64,000 nucleotides of DNA from Macrostomum lignano. Lineage: Eukaryota. The notes under the pieces are model-generated. The model was not told where the DNA came from. It saw only the letters and a program-made list of their open reading frames with translations, and searched no databases. Every line of letters starts with the position of its first letter. Position 1 is the stretch's first letter. The stretch is from positions 124,001 to 188,000 of the forward strand of contig NIVC01000558.1 in the NCBI GenBank assembly GCA_002269645.1. Reading direction: 5' to 3'. Shown here piece after piece: positions 57,691-64,000 of this stretch. Made by a program: the position numbers and the translations under genes.

Positions 57691-58680
57691 TAAGAACGTC
57701 TAATAATAACCACAAAATACGTCTATTATGATCAGGGAATGTCTCTATTTACCTATGGTGAACAGGACCTACAGATGATATATTTCGAGCATCAATGACT
57801 TCTGCATGTCTACGCTTAACAATAGTCTACGACTTATACTTAATCCTGTATTCCCTAACAACGAGTTGCAGCTGTTTATATCTAAGAAAAGTCTGCATGC
57901 TAAAATCTCAAAAAAGAGTGAAATGTGGGCAGGCTTGCCAAGCATATTCATTTGCTGCGCACTTTGCCAAACAAATTGGACGAGAGCCACTTACACGATG
58001 CTACACTCGACAGCTTCTTGACAGAGGCTTATCGAGACAAGAAATCCTTGAAGACTTTCTCAAGTCTCAGCCTTGGAGACACGTATTGAGCTTTCTTCTA
58101 CTCCCTTCAGCCGGTCTCTCCTTGCTGCGCTGCACTTTCTACCCTCCTGAAACAGCAGGTAGAGGGGCGGGGAGAAAGGATCAGGTAGAAAGAAGCCGAG
58201 CCGCCACGGAAATTGTCACCGGCGGCAGGGTCGTGAGGCTGCGGCAGAAAAAGCAAATGCAAAGAAAGACAGATCCGCGATGCCGGGTTTCTGTCTTCGC
58301 CTCTTATTTTGCTTGGCTCCGCCGGAGCTGCCGCTCAGCGCCGCTTTCAAGGTGAGGTCAGACTGGGGCAGCTCCGGAATCGCATTCTCGGCATTGGGGA
58401 TCTCGGCTGGGAGTGGGATCTGTGACGCCAGCTCAGGCAGTTGGAAATAGGAGGCGTGGCGTCCGCGATGGGATCACTTTTATCCCGTCTGTCTGCTCCG
58501 CTTCTATGCCATGCCCGCGCCTTCCAATCCAGTTTCCTCCAGTCCAGGACTCGCGGTTCCTGTCCAATCACATAGCAGCTGCAGAGGCTTGCGGAATCCA
58601 AAGTAGCTGCACTTTTTAGTGTGGTTTCCACCTATGTATGCATTAAGTAGCTATTGACTATATGTAGATACGTGTACTAC

Positions 58681-58965
<285 letters not shown>

Positions 58966-60279
58966 GATCTATCGTTCTGCATACTTATCCACCTACAGCC
59001 ATATCCTAGAATTCTACTCCGACACAATCTGTGTAACAGGAGTTCTGACACGTGTTCAATAAGGCACGTTTTACTTTCTCTATCAGTTACTCCTTCAAGC
59101 GAGAAGTCGCTCTCTCAGAAGACGAGCCCACAGCGTAAGCCCTGCTGCTTCGTCGCCCCACCCCAGCAGCTGTGTGGCTGCAGCGGCACCTGAGCGCGTG
59201 AAAAGCGCAGCCCTGCAACAGCTTTGCCCCATTTGCTGCTCAGTCAGAGTTTGCAGCAGTCACACTTCTCGGGTCTTCAGTGTTTAAAGAGGGGGAGAAG
59301 GAGGGGAAGGAGAAGAATGATGAGGAGAGCGGACAAGAAGTGCCAAAGGAAATGAAGAAAAATTTCAGATAAATATTATACCATGAAACAGAAGAATTAT
59401 ATAACTTGCTGTGAGACAGGAATCTCACATCAAGAAAGCAAGTATCATTGATAATGTGTCCTATAAGAATAAAACACACAGAGTACAGGACCGCTAAGAC
59501 CTCAGCAGCATCATACTGATTCCCATCCCCAGATACAGAGCTCCACTCGCAGCTCAGCCAAACTAACACTGCACACTGGCGCTGATTTGTTTGAACCAAA
59601 ATGAAGCCAAATAGCGCACTTTCTTCCCTTTACTGGGGCTTTGGTGTTCGGCTGGGGGGATTAGCTGGGGTTGCTGTTGTCGCATTAACAAAATGATGAT
59701 GGATTATGATGCGGCAGCTGCACTTGCATCGGGCTGCTGGAGTTGGGACTAGGGCTTGACTGCACTGACCATCGCGTGTGCTCACACCGCATTCTCGGCT
59801 CAGCTCTCAACGCTCCTCACTTATGCTGCAGCAGTGGGTGAGGGTGCAGCGGGGGCAGCTGTTCTGCTTGATTGATTAAAACTGGTCCTGAAGGACAAGA
59901 AAATTGAGGACGAGGCTCTCTCTGATGGAAGTCCGATTTAGTTTCTCTCAAGAAGCCTCCGCCTGTCCCTCCACTGCTCTGCAACGCCACTGCAGGGAGT
60001 CTGAGAGACAGAATCAAATAAAATAAAAAAGAAAACTAGATAAAGGCAAGGGCTGCTTCTTTCTTGTTGGACTTTTTCTATCTAGAGAAGCGGCAGCAGG
60101 AGCAGCGCTGTTACGACTGCCATTTCTTAGAAAGCCCCTCCTTGTTCCAATTGGAGTGGTCTAGGGTCCCCCGACTGTTTGATTCAGTTGAAATAAATTT
60201 TCTTTTGTCTTATAGAGAAGCATGATGTAGTAGATGGTATTTGAATCTAAAAATATTCATGCGGCACGAGGAGGCGGGG

Positions 60280-60510
60280 GTTGTAGCCTTGTGGTTGGAG
60301 CATCGGACTCACGAATGAAAGGTCGGGGGTTCGATTTTTGACCCAGTCGTAGCAATTGGTGTTCCATTTGAGCAAGACACTTAACTCTGCATTGCTTCAG
60401 TTCCCCAGCTGTAAAATGGGTGCCAGCATAAGCTGGGGTAATTGAGGGTGTGTGTGGCCACCCCCCAGTCCTTGGACTGAACAGCTGTACGCAACCTTCA
60501 GATGCGCCGC
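60280..60510 (+). mobile_element. tRNA-derived SINE, copy 3
   Basis: GTTGTAGCCTTGTGGTTGGAGC...GGTTCGAT..., then TTGAGCAAGACACTTAACTCTG...CCCAGCTGTAAAATGGGT. Confidence 0.8.
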
Positions 60511-60698
60511 GAAATAGCTGCGGCTGAGCTGTCGGTTGCAAATCTGGCCACGAGGACAGGTGTAATCAGTTATTATTATTGCATTATTATGCGACACAAA
60601 TTTAACTTCGGGCATTACGTTTGTTACGAACTACTAACCGAAGTACAAAGCGTTGCGCAAGATGTTGTAGAAAGTAAAAAAGGCAAATTATCAAACTT

Positions 60699-63600
60699 CT
60701 AGAAGGCCTGTGGTAAATCAGCCAGAAGACGCTCCTGTTGAAATCTTATCAGTTCTTTAGACGTTAGCTCGTGGCTTTGAATGCTTGTTTGAAATTTTCT
60801 AATCACCGATAGAGCCAGACTGTGATCTGAGCAGTATCGCATGGCAGTGAGCAGTTCCTGAATGTCTGCTTCGTCGCGCAGAAGCAGACCCAGAAGCCAA
60901 GCGTTCCGAGCCTCGGCGCTTTTGACTCGCAGCTCGCAACTCAGACAAAGCAGCAGGCAATCAAAGTTTATATAGTAGTACGCGACGTAGTTCTCCATTC
61001 GCAGGGGAAACCAGGTGGCCAGATGATCCGGTAAGAGGCTGGATAGATCCGGCCGGTTTAGGAACATGAAGCTGAATCTCCAGGCTAGGTCGCTGTTGCA
61101 TAGCTGGTTGAATACTGCCGACTCCCCTGACCCTTCTGCGGGTCTAGAAGCGAATTCCTTAATGCCTCTGCTTACTATGTGACCGTTGCAGTCCAACAAA
61201 ACATCAGAGGCGGCAACTGTATCGTTAAATTTCAGGCAGACCAGGGCCCTGAGGCTCTCGCGAGCTGATCTAGCACAGTCTGGCAACCTGCCAATCTTCT
61301 TCACCAGGGAGGCTTCGAATTCACGGCTAAAGTCAGGCACGACCAGAGATTCAAACGAATCTCTTACGATGTCATAGATGCTGTAATAATCGCGGAAGTG
61401 CAGCCCTGTTGAAAACTTTGGATCGATCTCTGGGAGAATAAGAAATGGGTGAAAATGAAACAAATTGTTTGACCCAATTTGGTAAAGGCTGTTTTTGAAG
61501 CTCATCAGAAGCTGGGGCAAGTGGTCGATCACGTCTCGAAGAACTTGCACGATCTCTTCAAAACTGCTGCGATCGGCACCCTTCAGATACAAAGCTGCAT
61601 CGCTCAAGAAGAAATGCTCCATGATTCGACCATCTGTATTGTCAGCGGAACGACTCGTCTCGACACTGTCCAACAGCATCTGCACCGATCGATGGATGAG
61701 TGTCATAAGGTTCTCCGGCTTCCACTGCTCTTCTGGTGTCTCTTCAAGCATTCGGAACGTGACCGTCTTCGCGTGATACGCCTTCAGACCGTGAACTCTG
61801 CGACCGATCACCTTCTTGACCAGAAACTTGAGCGTGACGAACAGCTGGCCCTGCAGAGTCGTGAGACTCCGTAGCAGGCGTCTCTCTAAGAAGGTGGTGC
61901 TCACTCGGAGCTGCTTGCCGGCTTGTCCAGGAGGTGCCGCGTGAACCACGTGACAGGGCGAGGCTTCGAGCTCGCTTGTGAGAGACTGCAGCACCGTTTG
62001 TGGGATGCTGGATTTGGCCAGTCGATGAGGCTGCAGCGGCCCGATTGGAGGATAGCAGCAGAGGCGACAGGCGCTCACGCGGTCCACAGCGGGTCGGAGA
62101 GTCGAACCGTTCTCTGGCCGGGCTGGGCTGGAAGCTGATTGAGGTTGGTAAATTACTGAAGACTATTATAACTTCGAGCTTTAGAGTTTCGAGATTAGAG
62201 AAATAAAAATATGCTTACCATATCCTTCACAGATTATATGACCGTTGTCATATTCCACAACTAGTTCAGAGTCAGGATCAGTGCACCTGCAGACATCTTT
62301 CAGGTGATAAATCCTTCCTGGTATGAGCTGCATCACGTCTATGTCGGATTCTGGGTCCGTTCTGCCATCCAAATGGCTGAGGCTGTTTCCCCAGCCTTCC
62401 GAGTAGCTGCCAACAACAAAAACTTCTTCATTGCGTAGGCGTTGTCTTAGTATGCGCTGCAGGACGTCTGCACACGAGCTCTGAAGGGCAGCTCGGGTCT
62501 GCTCAAAGCCAGCCTGCTGGAGGGAACTGTGCAGTTGCTGACTGAATTCTTCTTCGCTGAAATACGTACGAGAAATTGAAAGTGAAACTTGATGTGAATT
62601 TTCAGAGTAAAGGATATTTACTGTGCGGCTTTATTGAAGTTATATTACCTCAAGCTGGAACTGCTTTTATCAATTTGTGAAGGCATCGGCTCGTCTTGCA
62701 CAGTCCCAACATCTTCTGAATTATCCCTGTCAGATAGGGCCTTCTCAAGAAGTTCAGCTACTATTTTGTGCTTAAATTTTCTAGCCAAGTCTAAAGGTGT
62801 CTGGCCATCCCTGTCTGTTGCAGTGACATCAGCAAAGCATCGGAGCAGCGATTTAGTCGCTTCTGGATGTCCATTCTCAGCTGCGGCGTGCAGAGGTGTC
62901 TGCCCTGTAGTCGCTCTTGTCGTGTTGACATCGGCACCAGCGTGAATAAGACGCTCAATGGCTTTCCAATAACCGAACTGCGCTGCCAGAAAAATCGGCG
63001 AGCAACCATCGTTCTGCTTCGAATTCACTGGACTGCCTTGAGCTGCTTGAAGAAGCTCGTATAGAGTCGCTTGGTCGCCTCGCTGAGCAGTAATGTGCAG
63101 TGGAGTCTCTCCTGTCCTTGTTTGTGCATCCACTTTTGCTGCTCCAGAGCGCACTAGCAGCCTGGCCACTTCGCTGTGACCCTCTTGAGCGGCAATGTAA
63201 ATCGTTGACACGCCGTCATTGCGCTGATGATCAATGTTAGCCTGCGCTTCAACCAGAGCTTTGATAACTCTTTGATGGCCATTCTGTGCGGCGATGTAAA
63301 CTGGAGACGCACCGTCCACCTCTACAGTGTTGACGTCCGCCTGGGCTGCGATCAGGGCTCGCACTATTGCCAGATTTCCGTTCTGAGCCGCGGTGTGAAT
63401 CGGTTCGCAGCCGTTGCTTGCTTTGACGTTGGCATTGGCGCGGCTCTTGAGAAGCAGCTGAGTAATCTTGAGTTGTCCATTTTGAGCAGCAAAGTGCAAC
63501 GCTGTTTCACCTTTTTTGTTAGTAAGATTCACGTTGGCTGCCGCTTGAATAAGGCTAGCAACAACGCGAGCGTGACCTTCCTGAGTGGCTGCGAGCAGAG

Positions 63601-64000
63601 CAGAATTCCCGTTGGTTAGACAACGCCAGTCAAGGTCGACTCCAGCTCTGAGCAGCCGAGCGACAATCTTGGAGTGGCCATTTTGCGCTGCCATGTAGAT
63701 GGGGGTGCAGCCTGCCTCCTGTACAGGATTGAGGTCGGCTCCAGCGGCAATGAGTCGATCTACTACCGCCGTGTGGCCCTTGTCGCATGCGATATGCAGC
63801 GGCGCGTCGCCTGAGTCCCAGCGCGGCAGGTCGGCATTTGCACCGTTTTGAAGCAGCAGCTTGGCGACGCCCGCGTGCCCAAACTCGGCGGCCAGGAACA
63901 GCGGCGTGGCGCCGGCTTCTTGACGTCTATTGACATCGGCTTGAGCTCTCAGCAGCCAGTCGACCACTGCAACTTGACCAGTTGACGAGGCCAAATGAAG
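60699..64000 (-). CDS. Ankyrin-repeat-cGAS-like receptor (Mab-21/cGLR nucleotidyltransferase) fusion, 5'-partial, >=1041 aa; exons >64000-62649, 62556-62219, 62134-60699
   Basis: >=13 ankyrin repeats. Donor AG|GTAATA to acceptor TATTTCAG|C (92-nt intron, phase 2) and G|GTAAGC to CAATCAG|CT (84-nt intron, phase 1) keep one frame. NTase motif VVGSYSEG...SDIDVM, third Asp in VDRVSAC. Mab-21 lobe: LRVSTTFLERRLL, LKAYHAKTVTF, QW, HFFL. Confidence 0.85.

Overview
Eukaryotic, repeat-rich genomic DNA with short GT-AG introns. It is probably from a free-living flatworm such as Macrostomum, which is an inference from the gene and repeat content. Genes I could reconstruct by hand: (1) at the right edge, a >=1041-aa minus-strand gene in which >=13 ankyrin repeats splice in frame into a cGAS-like/Mab-21 nucleotidyltransferase with an apparently intact active site (ANK-cGLR), the most interesting feature here; (2) a complete 10-exon anion-selective Cys-loop channel (GlyR/GluCl-like, about 493 aa); (3) a cluster of small secreted putative glycan-binding proteins: three WSC+PAN/apple-like genes (one with a nonsense codon), two intronless PAN+C-type-lectin paralogues and one lectin fragment; (4) a putatively myristoylated ankyrin-repeat protein built on 99-bp tandem units; (5) an exon interrupted by a Tc1 element. 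Mobile DNA includes tandem non-autonomous Helitron-like elements carrying a 31-bp satellite, a decayed mariner, a deleted Tc1, a truncated Ty3/Gypsy, three tRNA-derived SINEs and a minimal Penelope-type hammerhead ribozyme. A 10.9-kb 15-bp satellite and many mini/microsatellites are also present. The huge ORFs at 20.5-31.7 kb are satellite artefacts. No database searches were possible, so family calls rest on motifs recognised by eye.
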